Positions 15,447 through 23,676 of a stretch of DNA of 23,676 nt are shown piece after piece; position 1 is the first letter of the stretch, and each line of letters starts with the position of its first letter. The notes under the pieces are model-generated. The model did not search any database. It saw nothing but the letters and a program-made list of their open reading frames with translations, and was not told the DNA's origin. The position numbers and the translations under genes are program-made. The stretch covers positions 1 through 23,676 of the forward strand of contig JALUEE010000111.1 in assembly GCA_027053075.1 (NCBI GenBank), in the 5' to 3' direction. This DNA comes from a candidate division WOR-3 bacterium (GTDB taxonomy: Bacteria > Hydrothermota > Hydrothermia > B15-G9 > WFZT01).

Positions 15447-17164
15447 GAGAACATCTAAAAAAATTAGAACCTTACAGGTTGCCTGATTATCCGAGGAAAG
15501 ACAAAATAAGACTTGATCTCAATGAAAACCCTTTTGGTCCCGCACCTGAGGTTGTGAATGCCATTAGAAACATATCAGCTGAAGACCTGAGTGTGTACCC
15601 GGAGTACGATAAGCTTGAGAGGAAAATTGCACAGTATGTAGGAGTTAATCCTGCCCATGTTGTGATAACCAATGGTGCTGACGATGCCATTAAATGTGTT
15701 TTTGAGGGGAATGTATCTCCCGGAGACCGTGTTCTGATGCCCTATCCAACTTACTCCATGTATGAAGTTTACTCTGACCTCTACCAGGCAGTTAAAATTT
15801 ACGCTCACTATAAAAACGATTTCAAATTCCCCCTCGATGAATTTTTATACAAAATTGATTCAGCGGACCTGGTAGTTGTGGTTAATCCTGCCAACCCAAC
15901 AGGTGGCTGGATTGACCGCGATGTATTTTTGAAAATTTTGAAAAAAGCAGAGGATAAACCGGTGGTACTTGATGAGACCTACTGGCAATTTGCCGGTGAG
16001 ACCTTTGCTAAATTGGTTGAAGACTATGAAAATTTATTCGTTATCCACTCATTTTCCAAGCTTTTTGCCCTTGCAGGTGTGAGACTCGGGTATGTTATTA
16101 CCCAGCAGCGTGAGCTTATTGAGAAAGTGATCGAGCCTTTCCGCGTAAGCTCACTTTCCGTGATTGCAGGACTCGCTTCCCTTGAGAATCTGGACTATTA
16201 TGATGAGGTTCTTGCCAAACTTAAGAAAAATCGCTCTACGCTTGTTGAGGAGTTCCAGAAACGTAGTTTTGAAGCCTATGACACAGAGACGAACTTCATT
16301 CTTGTTAAAGCTGGTAACCGTGCAGGATTTATAAAGAAACATCTTTTTGAGAGGGGGATACTCATCAAACATTACTCATCCCCGGGAATTTTAGAAAACT
16401 TCTTGAGAATCAGCGTTGGGAGGGAAGAAGACATAGACGCACTTTTCAGTGCTTTTCGGGATATCCTGCCTTCGCAGGTGGTTATCTTTGATATGGACGG
16501 GGTACTTGTGGATGTTAGAGAATCTTACAGAAAAGCCATAAAGGAGACTGCAGAATACTTTACCGGAGATGAGGTTTCATATGAGGAGATTCAGGAGTTT
16601 AAGAACCGTGGTGGATTGAACAACGATTGGAACCTTACCCATGAAATCATCAAATCGCGTGGGGTGAATATTTCTCGTGATGAGGTTATCGGAAAATTTC
16701 AGGAACTCTTCCTGGGTGAAAATTTCAGTGGCTACATAAACCGTGAGAAATGGGTTCTGGATATGGATGTCCTCCAGTGGCTTATCGAAAATTACAGGCT
16801 CGCAGTTTTTACATCGAGACCAAGAGAGGAAGCTTTTTACACTTTGAAGAAGTATGGGGCAGATGGGTTTTTTGATATCGTTGTCTCGCTTGATGATGTG
16901 AAAGAGACCAAGCCCTCACCTGAGGGAATCCACGTGATCCTCGAGAAGCTTGGAATTTCTCCTGAGAATGCTTATTTTCTTGGAGATACAGTCGATGATA
17001 TGGAGGCAGCGAGACGAGCAGGTGTCACGGGAATTGGTGTTGCCCCACCGGGAGGTGATGTATCCCGGTATGAGAGGCTGTTTAAAGAACATGGGGCAAA
17101 ATATGTCATTGGCAGTGTGAATGAGATTAAGGGAATTTTACTTAAGCTCTCACATAGTGAGTGA
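15443..17164 (+). CDS. hisC: Fusion: histidinol-phosphate aminotransferase + HAD-family phosphatase (putative histidinol-phosphatase)
   Basis: N-terminal ~340 aa: 'LDLNENPF', 'TNGADDAI', 'NPANPTG', 'VLDETY', 'SFSK...LAGVRLGY', 'LRISVG'. C-terminal ~230 aa: 'FDMDGVLVD', 'GGLNNDW', 'TSRP', 'KPSPEG', 'GDTVDDM'. ATGA overlap with hisG. Confidence 0.9.
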   Translation: MREHLKKLEPYRLPDYPRKDKIRLDLNENPFGPAPEVVNAIRNISAEDLSVYPEYDKLERKIAQYVGVNPAHVVITNGADDAIKCVFEGNVSPGDRVLMPYPTYSMYEVYSDLYQAVKIYAHYKNDFKFPLDEFLYKIDSADLVVVVNPANPTGGWIDRDVFLKILKKAEDKPVVLDETYWQFAGETFAKLVEDYENLFVIHSFSKLFALAGVRLGYVITQQRELIEKVIEPFRVSSLSVIAGLASLENLDYYDEVLAKLKKNRSTLVEEFQKRSFEAYDTETNFILVKAGNRAGFIKKHLFERGILIKHYSSPGILENFLRISVGREEDIDALFSAFRDILPSQVVIFDMDGVLVDVRESYRKAIKETAEYFTGDEVSYEEIQEFKNRGGLNNDWNLTHEIIKSRGVNISRDEVIGKFQELFLGENFSGYINREKWVLDMDVLQWLIENYRLAVFTSRPREEAFYTLKKYGADGFFDIVVSLDDVKETKPSPEGIHVILEKLGISPENAYFLGDTVDDMEAARRAGVTGIGVAPPGGDVSRYERLFKEHGAKYVIGSVNEIKGILLKLSHSE

Positions 17165-17186
17165 TGGAGGTGTTTGAAATACGTTA

Positions 17187-17229
17187 CCCCTTTCCCAGCC
17201 TCCCCCACGCACATTGTGCGTGGGGGAGG
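17187..17229 (+). repeat. BoxC-like repeat inside the his operon
   Basis: CCCCTTTCCCAG head + 14-bp perfect stem CCTCCCCCACGCAC-ATT-GTGCGTGGGGGAGG. Confidence 0.8.
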
Positions 17230-17271
17230 AGAAATGTGGGGGGATTCATTTTAACCGGAAAGGTGATAAAA

Positions 17272-17853
17272 ATGAGGGAAGCTGAGATAAAAAGGGAAAC
17301 CTTTGAGACCAAAATTGAGATAAAGCTCAAAATTGATGGAAAGGGGAGTTGTGAGATAAACACGGGTGTTGGTTTTTTTGATCACATGCTCAAGAGCTTT
17401 TGCAAGCACGGGTATTTTGACATTGATCTTGTGGCAAGAGGTGACCTTGAAGTTGATGCCCACCATACAGTTGAGGACACGGGAATTGCTCTGGGAGACG
17501 CATTTAGGAAGGCACTCGACGACTTCAAAGGGATTAACCGCGCAGGTTCCTTTGCCTTTCCCATGGATGAGGCTTTGACGCTCGTTGCCATTGATATTTC
17601 TGGCAGGCCTTATGTGGGGTTCGACTATGAGTTTAAGAGGGAACGGGTGGGTGACCTTGATACAGAGCTTGTGGAGGAATTTTTCAGTGGGTTTGCGCGC
17701 GGGCTCGGTGCCACTATTCACGTGGTGGTAATGAGGGGAGAGAATACGCATCATATTATTGAATCCATTTTCAAGAGTTTTGGAAAGGCACTCAAAGAGG
17801 CCACCAGGCTCTCGGGAGCAGATGAAATTCCAAGCACAAAGGGAGTGATATGA
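17272..17853 (+). CDS. hisB: Imidazoleglycerol-phosphate dehydratase (monofunctional)
   Basis: 'RETFETKI', 'TGVGFFDHML', 'DAHHTVED', 'PMDEAL', 'NTHHIIES.FK', 'PSTKG'. Start at ATG 17272 after AAGGTGA. Confidence 0.96.
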   Translation: MREAEIKRETFETKIEIKLKIDGKGSCEINTGVGFFDHMLKSFCKHGYFDIDLVARGDLEVDAHHTVEDTGIALGDAFRKALDDFKGINRAGSFAFPMDEALTLVAIDISGRPYVGFDYEFKRERVGDLDTELVEEFFSGFARGLGATIHVVVMRGENTHHIIESIFKSFGKALKEATRLSGADEIPSTKGVI

Positions 17854-18464
17854 AAATTGGTCTTATTGATTATGGAGCGGGTAATCTGCTTTCGGTTAAG
17901 AAGGCACTGACTCATCTCGGAGCTGAGGTTGAATTAATCAAGTCCCCGGAAGACTTCCGGAATGTGGTTGCTGTGGTCTTGCCGGGGGTTGGGGCATTTG
18001 GTGCCGCTATGAAGAGTCTTGAGCCTATCAAAGAATCTTTGCTTGGCTGGATTAACGATGGAAACCCATATCTTGGAATCTGTCTTGGTCTTCAGCTACT
18101 TTTCGAGTGGAGTGAGGAATCACCGGGTGAGAGTGGATTATCCGTTCTCAAGGGCAAGGTGCTCAGGTTTAATACCGACAAGGTGCCGCAAATTGGGTGG
18201 AATCGGGTTTACATAGTGAGAGAGCATCCGGTTTTTAAAGGAATTCTAAATGGTGAGTATTTTTACTTTCTTCACGGGTACTATGTGGTGCCCGAGGATA
18301 GAGAGGTTGTCATTTCAGAGACCGAGTATTCTATTCGGTATGTTTCGGGAGTGGCCAGGGGCAATTTAGTGGCAGTGCAGTTTCATCCCGAGAAGAGTGG
18401 GGGAGTGGGTCTTAAATTTCTCTCCAACTGGCTTGAGTTTGTCGCTACTCGCGATAGGGGATAA
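17850..18464 (+). CDS. hisH: Imidazole glycerol phosphate synthase, glutaminase subunit
   Basis: 'IDYGAGNL', 'LPGVGAF', 'LGICLGLQ', 'VPQIGWN', 'QFHPEKS'; ATGA overlap with hisB. Confidence 0.96.
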   Translation: MKIGLIDYGAGNLLSVKKALTHLGAEVELIKSPEDFRNVVAVVLPGVGAFGAAMKSLEPIKESLLGWINDGNPYLGICLGLQLLFEWSEESPGESGLSVLKGKVLRFNTDKVPQIGWNRVYIVREHPVFKGILNGEYFYFLHGYYVVPEDREVVISETEYSIRYVSGVARGNLVAVQFHPEKSGGVGLKFLSNWLEFVATRDRG

Positions 18465-18608
18465 TGTATTTGCTGTTTAAAAGGCTTCTTCGAAAAAAGC
18501 AGATTCCCTGTGGTGAAAAAATGTCAGTCTGGCAAATCTATTCTTTATGAATCCTATCGTAGCAACAGTGTGTTTTTGAGGATGTGTCCCCTTCATACTC
18601 ATTTGGAC

Positions 18609-18637
18609 TTGACAGTGCCCCCGGCTTTCAATAAATT
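18609..18637 (+). promoter_or_regulatory. Sigma70-type promoter of the tetR-MMPL operon
   Basis: TTGACA (18609-18614), 17-nt spacer, TAAATT (18632-18637). Confidence 0.78.
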
Positions 18638-18641
18638 ATTG

Positions 18642-18665
18642 ATGTGAGTGAACGTTCACTCACAT
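18642..18665. promoter_or_regulatory. 24-bp perfect palindrome, likely TetR operator
   Basis: ATGTGAGTGAAC|GTTCACTCACAT over the predicted +1, directly upstream of a TetR gene. Confidence 0.85.
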
Positions 18666-18684
18666 ATTTTTTGAGGTGACAACT

Positions 18685-19278
18685 ATGGAAAAATTTACTC
18701 CAAGACAAAAAGAAATAATAAATACTGCTATCGAGCTCATTGCTGAGCAGGGCATTCAGGTTTTAACGATAAAAAATCTATCTCAAAGGATAGGAATCGC
18801 TGAGTCTGCCATTTACAGGCATTTCAAAAGCAAAACAGACATACTCTTCGGAATACTCTCCGTTTTCATTGAAAGTAAGGAAGAGATGGCCAGAACCCTC
18901 TTGCGTTCAGACCTCAATCCAGTTGAAAAACTCAGGCAAATGCTCATCGGGAGATTCGAATATTTCTCACAAAACAAAGCCATAGCAACGGTAATCTTTT
19001 CTGAAGAGCTTTTCAGGAATGATAAGAGATTATCAGAAATTATCTACGAAACAATGACTTCCGTGCAGAATACTATTATTGAAGTTATTAAAGAGGGGCA
19101 GAGTGCAGGAGAGATACGAAACGACATATCTGCCGAACACCTGGGATTTATGATCACAGGTGCTATCAGAGCCATTGTAATGCATTGGAGGTACAATGAC
19201 TTCAAAACGAATCTCGTTGAAGAGGGCAAAAAATTCTGGGAATCAGTCAAAGCATTAATAACAAGGGAGGAATGTTGA
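18685..19278 (+). CDS. TetR/AcrR-family transcriptional regulator
   Basis: HTH 'IINTAIELIAEQG...TIKNLSQRIGIAESAIYRHFKSK'; 'IKEGQSAGEIR'. ATG 18685 after GAGGTG. Confidence 0.93.
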   Translation: MEKFTPRQKEIINTAIELIAEQGIQVLTIKNLSQRIGIAESAIYRHFKSKTDILFGILSVFIESKEEMARTLLRSDLNPVEKLRQMLIGRFEYFSQNKAIATVIFSEELFRNDKRLSEIIYETMTSVQNTIIEVIKEGQSAGEIRNDISAEHLGFMITGAIRAIVMHWRYNDFKTNLVEEGKKFWESVKALITREEC

Positions 19279-19280
19279 TC

Positions 19281-21674
19281 GTGGAAAGATTACTTATAAA
19301 ACCCCTAAAAAGACCGTGGCTTGTGGTGGCTATTGTGCTTGTAATAACCGTGTTCTTCTTCTACAAAATGAGGACAAATTCCAGGATGGAGACCAATCTT
19401 GACAAGTACATGCCCCAGAACCACCCGGCATTTGTTTACAGTAATAAAGCTGAGAAATGGTTTGACATTAAAGACGGGATAATCATAGCAATTGAGAACG
19501 ATAATGGAGTTTTTAACCCTACCACGCTTGCGAAGGTGAAAAAGCTCACAAAGGAACTACAGAGGATGAAAGAGATAAATAAGAATGATGTGACCTCTCT
19601 CTATACGGCTGACAATATTGTTAGTACGGAAGATGGACTTGATGTCAGGAGATTTTATAAGCGTGTCCCAAAGGATTCAGCCGCTCTCGCAGCTTTGAGG
19701 CAGAAGGTCATTACAAATGACATGGTATTTGGAAAGCTCGTATCAAAGGATGAAAAAGTAGCCATCGTTGTTGCGAGAATTAAGAGTGATGTTTTCACTC
19801 AGAAATTCTACCACCAGCTTTTGAAGCTTGCACACAAGTACGAAGGGCCTGAAAAGATTTATGTCGCAGGAAGGCCAATTGTTGAGGGAACTCTTGCCTA
19901 TCTCGGACCGAGGGATATGAGGAGGATGGTCCCAATAGTGATTGTTGTTATAATTGCCGTTCTTTTCCTTCTTCTAAGAAGCTGGAAGAGTACATTGATG
20001 ACAATAACGGTCGTTCTTCTTAGTAGTATCTGGACCTTCGGATTGATGGCCACGTTGAATATCCCGATTTATTCGGTGAGTACGATGATCCCTGTCATGT
20101 TAATAGCAATAGGTATAGCCTACGGTGTGCACCTATACAGCCACCTGTTCCACTACATGGAGGAGCATCCCGGTGTGTCTAAATTAGATGCGACTAAAAA
20201 TATGCTGCAGGAGATGTGGAAACCTGTGATGATGGCTGCTGTGACCACGATGGTCGGATTTATTTCGCTCCTCACGTCTCAGGTGTATCCTGTCAAATAT
20301 TTTGGAATCTTTTCCGCTTTTGGAGTTGGTGTCGCATTCATACTTTCAGTGCTTTTGATACCCGCTGGAAATATGATTCTCGGCCTGCCAAGGAGTAAAA
20401 AAATACTGGAAGAAGAGGATGCTGAAACTGCTGTTAAGAAGAACCGCTTTGCCTATAGATTTGCCGATTATCTTATATCTCACAGAAAACTCGTTTACAT
20501 TGTAACGCTGATTGTTGTGGGGCTTTCTGTTTATGGAACTTCAAAAGTGTGGATTAATTCCAGCTTTCTTGATAAATTTGAGAAAAACAGCGAGATTCGG
20601 AAGACCGATAGATTTATCAATGAGCATTTCGGTGGAACAAGCACTCTGAATGTAATACTCGAGGGCAAAAAACCTGATACATTTAAAGAGCCTCAGGTAT
20701 TAAAGACAGTTGCGCAGATGCAATCGGAGGTTGTCAATACGCTACCTGTTGTCGGTGACGCATTTTCACTCGTGGATTTCATAAAAAGAATGAACAAAGT
20801 GATGCATGCAGATAGTGAGAAATACAACACTATCCCGGATAATCAGGACCTGATTGCCCAGTATCTACTTCTCTATGAGATGTCAGGAGACCCCGCGAAG
20901 TTGTGGCAGGTGGTTACTGAAGATTACAAAAAATTAAACGTCACTTTCCAGCTAAAAAGCGATAATTCCAAAGCATTGAAAAGTGCAATAGCAATTATTG
21001 AAAAGTATAGACCAGAGTTTGAAAAGATGGGGATAACGCTTAATTACGCAGGCTCTGGTTACAAAGCTCTCGTATTCACGGACCTTATTTTGAAAGGGCA
21101 AATTTCAAGTCTCCTGCTCTCTCTTGTGATAGTGGTTGTTCTACTATCTATCATGTTTAAGAGCCTCAAAATTGGATTGATAGGTTCCATCCCGATCACC
21201 ATTACAACAATAATTTCATTTGGGATCATGGGACTCCTTGGAATTCCACTGAGTTCCACGACAGCTCTTATTTCAAGTATAGCAATCGGTATTGGGATTG
21301 ACTACGCTGTTCACTTTATAGATAGATATCGAGTCAATGCCAGGATTATCGGGAATAAATTCCTTGCAGCTCGTCAAACCATAGCTGAAGAAATAAAAAG
21401 CGTGAGGAATCCTCAAACAGAAGAAGATATAGCCGAGGCAAAGGTTCTAACATCCCATTTAACAATGCATCATTCTGGAAAAGCTATTCTTTACAATGCT
21501 ATCGTGGTTATAGCCGGGTTTATGGTGCTCCTGTTCTCTGTTTTCCCACCCAACCGTGCTCTTGGACTACTCGTTTCATTAAATATGTTCACCAGTTTTG
21601 TCGGTACACTGACGATTATGTTCATAATCCTTTATGTGTCCAATACTTACTTTGATAAAAAGAATTTTAGTTAG
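19281..21674 (+). CDS. MMPL/RND-family membrane transporter
   Basis: Two repeats of TM1 + periplasmic loop + 5 TM; 'IAIGIAYGVH' and 'IGIGIDYAVH' motifs. GTG 19281 is better spaced from GGAGG than ATG 19272. Confidence 0.9.
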   Translation: MERLLIKPLKRPWLVVAIVLVITVFFFYKMRTNSRMETNLDKYMPQNHPAFVYSNKAEKWFDIKDGIIIAIENDNGVFNPTTLAKVKKLTKELQRMKEINKNDVTSLYTADNIVSTEDGLDVRRFYKRVPKDSAALAALRQKVITNDMVFGKLVSKDEKVAIVVARIKSDVFTQKFYHQLLKLAHKYEGPEKIYVAGRPIVEGTLAYLGPRDMRRMVPIVIVVIIAVLFLLLRSWKSTLMTITVVLLSSIWTFGLMATLNIPIYSVSTMIPVMLIAIGIAYGVHLYSHLFHYMEEHPGVSKLDATKNMLQEMWKPVMMAAVTTMVGFISLLTSQVYPVKYFGIFSAFGVGVAFILSVLLIPAGNMILGLPRSKKILEEEDAETAVKKNRFAYRFADYLISHRKLVYIVTLIVVGLSVYGTSKVWINSSFLDKFEKNSEIRKTDRFINEHFGGTSTLNVILEGKKPDTFKEPQVLKTVAQMQSEVVNTLPVVGDAFSLVDFIKRMNKVMHADSEKYNTIPDNQDLIAQYLLLYEMSGDPAKLWQVVTEDYKKLNVTFQLKSDNSKALKSAIAIIEKYRPEFEKMGITLNYAGSGYKALVFTDLILKGQISSLLLSLVIVVVLLSIMFKSLKIGLIGSIPITITTIISFGIMGLLGIPLSSTTALISSIAIGIGIDYAVHFIDRYRVNARIIGNKFLAARQTIAEEIKSVRNPQTEEDIAEAKVLTSHLTMHHSGKAILYNAIVVIAGFMVLLFSVFPPNRALGLLVSLNMFTSFVGTLTIMFIILYVSNTYFDKKNFS

Positions 21675-21689
21675 CCCATTTTCTATCCT

Positions 21690-21719
21690 CCGGGAGGATG
21701 GGAGTTCACGTCCTCCCGG
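21690..21719 (+). other. Intercistronic stem-loop
   Basis: CCGGGAGGATG/CGTCCTCCCGG stem (one G-U); an alternative hairpin ATCCTC-CGG-GAGGAT (21685-21699) overlaps it. Confidence 0.55.
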
Positions 21720-21755
21720 TTCTATTAGAAAAAACAACTATTTAGGAGGTGTACA

Positions 21756-22538
21756 ATGAAGTACCAAAAAATACTAACGCTTCTGCTTGCATTTGGATTT
21801 GCTACGAATGCCTATGCACAGCAGAAACTTACGGGTCTTCAGGTTATGGAAAAAGTTTATAACAGACCCACAGGCAAGGATATGGAAGCCACACTTGTAA
21901 TGACATTGATTAACGCTAATGGTGATAAGCGCGTCCGTGTCATCAAACAGTACATACGGGATTTTGGCAAAGTGGAGAAGAAAATTATGTTTTTCGTAAG
22001 CCCACCAGATGTTAGAAATACATCATTTATGAACTGGAGCTATGACGATCCAAACAAAGAAGATGACCAGTGGATTTACCTCCCTGCCCTTAAGAGGATA
22101 AAAAGAATTTCCAGTGATAGTAAAGGTGATTACTTCATGGGATCAGACTTTACCTACGATGACCTTGGTGACCGCAAACCAACCCAGGATAACCATAAAA
22201 TTCTGAGAGAAGAAAAATATAGGGGTGAAGATTGTTACGTGATTGAGAGTGTCCCCAAAGACCCTGATTACATGTATTCAAAGACTATTACATGGGTTAT
22301 TAAAGGTAAGTGGATAGGCCTGAAGAGAGAATTCTATGATGAGGATGGAGAATATTTAAAGACACTCACTGTAGATAAGTACGAAAAAATAAAAGGGTAC
22401 TGGATTATTACAAAGGTTACGATGGACAACGTGCAGAAACATCATAAGACCATTATGGAATTAAAAGATGTGAAGATAGATACTGGAATTCCAGCGAGAA
22501 TGTTTACAGAGAGAATGATGAAAAGAGGTCTCCATTGA
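21756..22538 (+). CDS. LolA-like periplasmic protein ('outer membrane lipoprotein-sorting protein' family)
   Basis: Signal peptide (AYA); 'FVSPPDVRNTSF', 'DDQWIYLPALKRIKRI', 'FMGSDFTYDD' and 'FTERMM' are typical of this family; AGGAGG SD. Confidence 0.88.
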   Translation: MKYQKILTLLLAFGFATNAYAQQKLTGLQVMEKVYNRPTGKDMEATLVMTLINANGDKRVRVIKQYIRDFGKVEKKIMFFVSPPDVRNTSFMNWSYDDPNKEDDQWIYLPALKRIKRISSDSKGDYFMGSDFTYDDLGDRKPTQDNHKILREEKYRGEDCYVIESVPKDPDYMYSKTITWVIKGKWIGLKREFYDEDGEYLKTLTVDKYEKIKGYWIITKVTMDNVQKHHKTIMELKDVKIDTGIPARMFTERMMKRGLH

Positions 22539-22571
22539 GGAGCAGTGTGAAAGTTTTTCTAAAAGGAACTT

Positions 22572-22615
22572 CTTCCACCTCACTTCTTCCCCCACGGATT
22601 CCGTGGGGGAAGAAG
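22572..22615 (+). repeat. BoxC-like repeat variant
   Basis: CTTCCACCTCA head + 15-bp perfect stem CTTCTTCCCCCACGG-ATT-CCGTGGGGGAAGAAG. Confidence 0.75.
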
Positions 22616-22648
22616 CAAAAATGAACACACTTTTAGGGAGGTTTTAAG

Positions 22649-23676
22649 ATGATAAAGAGAGTTGTTTTCGCAGTTTTAATCCTTGCATCCGGTGTTTTTG
22701 CTGAAGGTTTGACTTTCACCGGTTTTGCGAGAAATTATATTGGTGTCCTTTTACATGGGAACAACGATTATGCCATAATCCAGAATACATTTAACCTGAA
22801 TATTCAGCAGAGCAAGGACAAAATAGCTTTTAAAGTAAATCCTTATCTCTATCAGTATCCGAATAAAAAACCTGAACTTGGTCTCAGAGAAGCGTATCTC
22901 GATATATATCTGCCATCAGTGGACTTCAGAGTTGGTAAACAGCAAATAATCTGGGGAAAGGCCGATGGAGTGTTCATCACTGATATTGTATCCCCAAAGG
23001 ATTTAACAGAGTTTATCCTCCCGGATTTCGATGAGATCAGGATAGGTATAACAAGTGTGAAAGCAGATTACTACATAGGAAACAACACGTTTGAAATGGT
23101 ATGGGTTCCCACTTTCACACCGGATAAATTCCCACCATCCAACAGTATCTGGAGACCAGCAATGCCGACCTTTCCTTCACCTGTAAGATTTGATTCATCT
23201 CGAATGAAAGTTGAGGATAAAATTGAGAACAGCGAATTTTTTGGCAAATTCTCGGCTCTGACGGGTGTTGTTGACTTTGAAATCATGGGAGGATACGCAT
23301 GGGATGATGATCCCACCATGCACGTTGTAAAGCATGTTACACCAATAGACACCATGCATGTAAGACTTGATAGTCTCACTATTTATCCGGAGTACCACAG
23401 ATTAACGATAGGAGGAGGTAGTTTTAGCACCACGATAGGACCTGTTGTTCTGAGAGGGGAAGGTGCCTACTACAATGGAAAGTACTTCAACACCAGGGAC
23501 CCGAAAGCTCCGGAGTCTGTTGTCAAGAAAGATTATCTCCACTACTTAGTGGGTCTTGATTACACATTGTGGAACTGGCATTTAAGTGGACAGTTTATCC
23601 AGCAGGTAATTCTTGACTACGATGATTATTTAAAGAATGACCAGTATTCCAACATGGCCACTTTCCTTGCTTCAAA
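22649..23676 (+). CDS. DUF1302-like outer-membrane beta-barrel protein (truncated by window end)
   Basis: Missing from the ORF track because there is no stop in the window. ATG after GGGAGG; MIKRVVFAVLILASGVFA signal peptide; 'LREAYLDI...DFRVGKQQIIWGKADGVFITDIVSPKDL' motif. Confidence 0.82.
   Translation, partial: MIKRVVFAVLILASGVFAEGLTFTGFARNYIGVLLHGNNDYAIIQNTFNLNIQQSKDKIAFKVNPYLYQYPNKKPELGLREAYLDIYLPSVDFRVGKQQIIWGKADGVFITDIVSPKDLTEFILPDFDEIRIGITSVKADYYIGNNTFEMVWVPTFTPDKFPPSNSIWRPAMPTFPSPVRFDSSRMKVEDKIENSEFFGKFSALTGVVDFEIMGGYAWDDDPTMHVVKHVTPIDTMHVRLDSLTIYPEYHRLTIGGGSFSTTIGPVVLRGEGAYYNGKYFNTRDPKAPESVVKKDYLHYLVGLDYTLWNWHLSGQFIQQVILDYDDYLKNDQYSNMATFLAS

Noticed and set aside
17161..17271. N-terminal extension of HisB
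   Set aside because: It translates the repeat hairpin; a canonical start with SD lies at 17272.
23071..23398. Minus-strand ORFs near the right edge
   Set aside because: They are antisense to the open DUF1302-like frame starting at 22649.

Overview
Bacterial chromosomal window, mostly housekeeping and transport genes around a repeat-rich intergenic zone. Left to right: (i) a minus-strand Liv-type (HAAT family) ABC operon with an embedded long-chain acyl-CoA ligase (livG-ACSL-livH-livM-livK; livF not in window); (ii) an Ntn-hydrolase isoaspartyl peptidase/asparaginase divergent from a GT4 glycosyltransferase; (iii) a minus-strand unit of tRNA-Thr(TGT)-Tyr(GTA)-Gly(TCC)-Thr(GGT), followed not by tuf but by an unknown lipoprotein, a TsaC/Sua5-LMW-phosphatase fusion and rlmN; (iv) a zone of BoxC-like palindromic repeats organised as two diverged ~330-350 bp composite units, the second split by an intact 1602-bp IS1634-like element (TIRs, 6-bp TTTAAT target duplication, a palindromic operator built from the TIR motif); (v) a partial his operon (hisG, hisC-HAD phosphatase fusion, hisB, hisH); (vi) a TetR-regulated MMPL/RND + LolA-like + DUF1302-like outer-membrane cluster running off the right edge. 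The best leads are the composite repeat/MITE-like family, the two enzyme fusions, the IS autoregulatory operator and the putative envelope-spanning lipid transport system. All family assignments come from motif recognition by eye; no searches were run.
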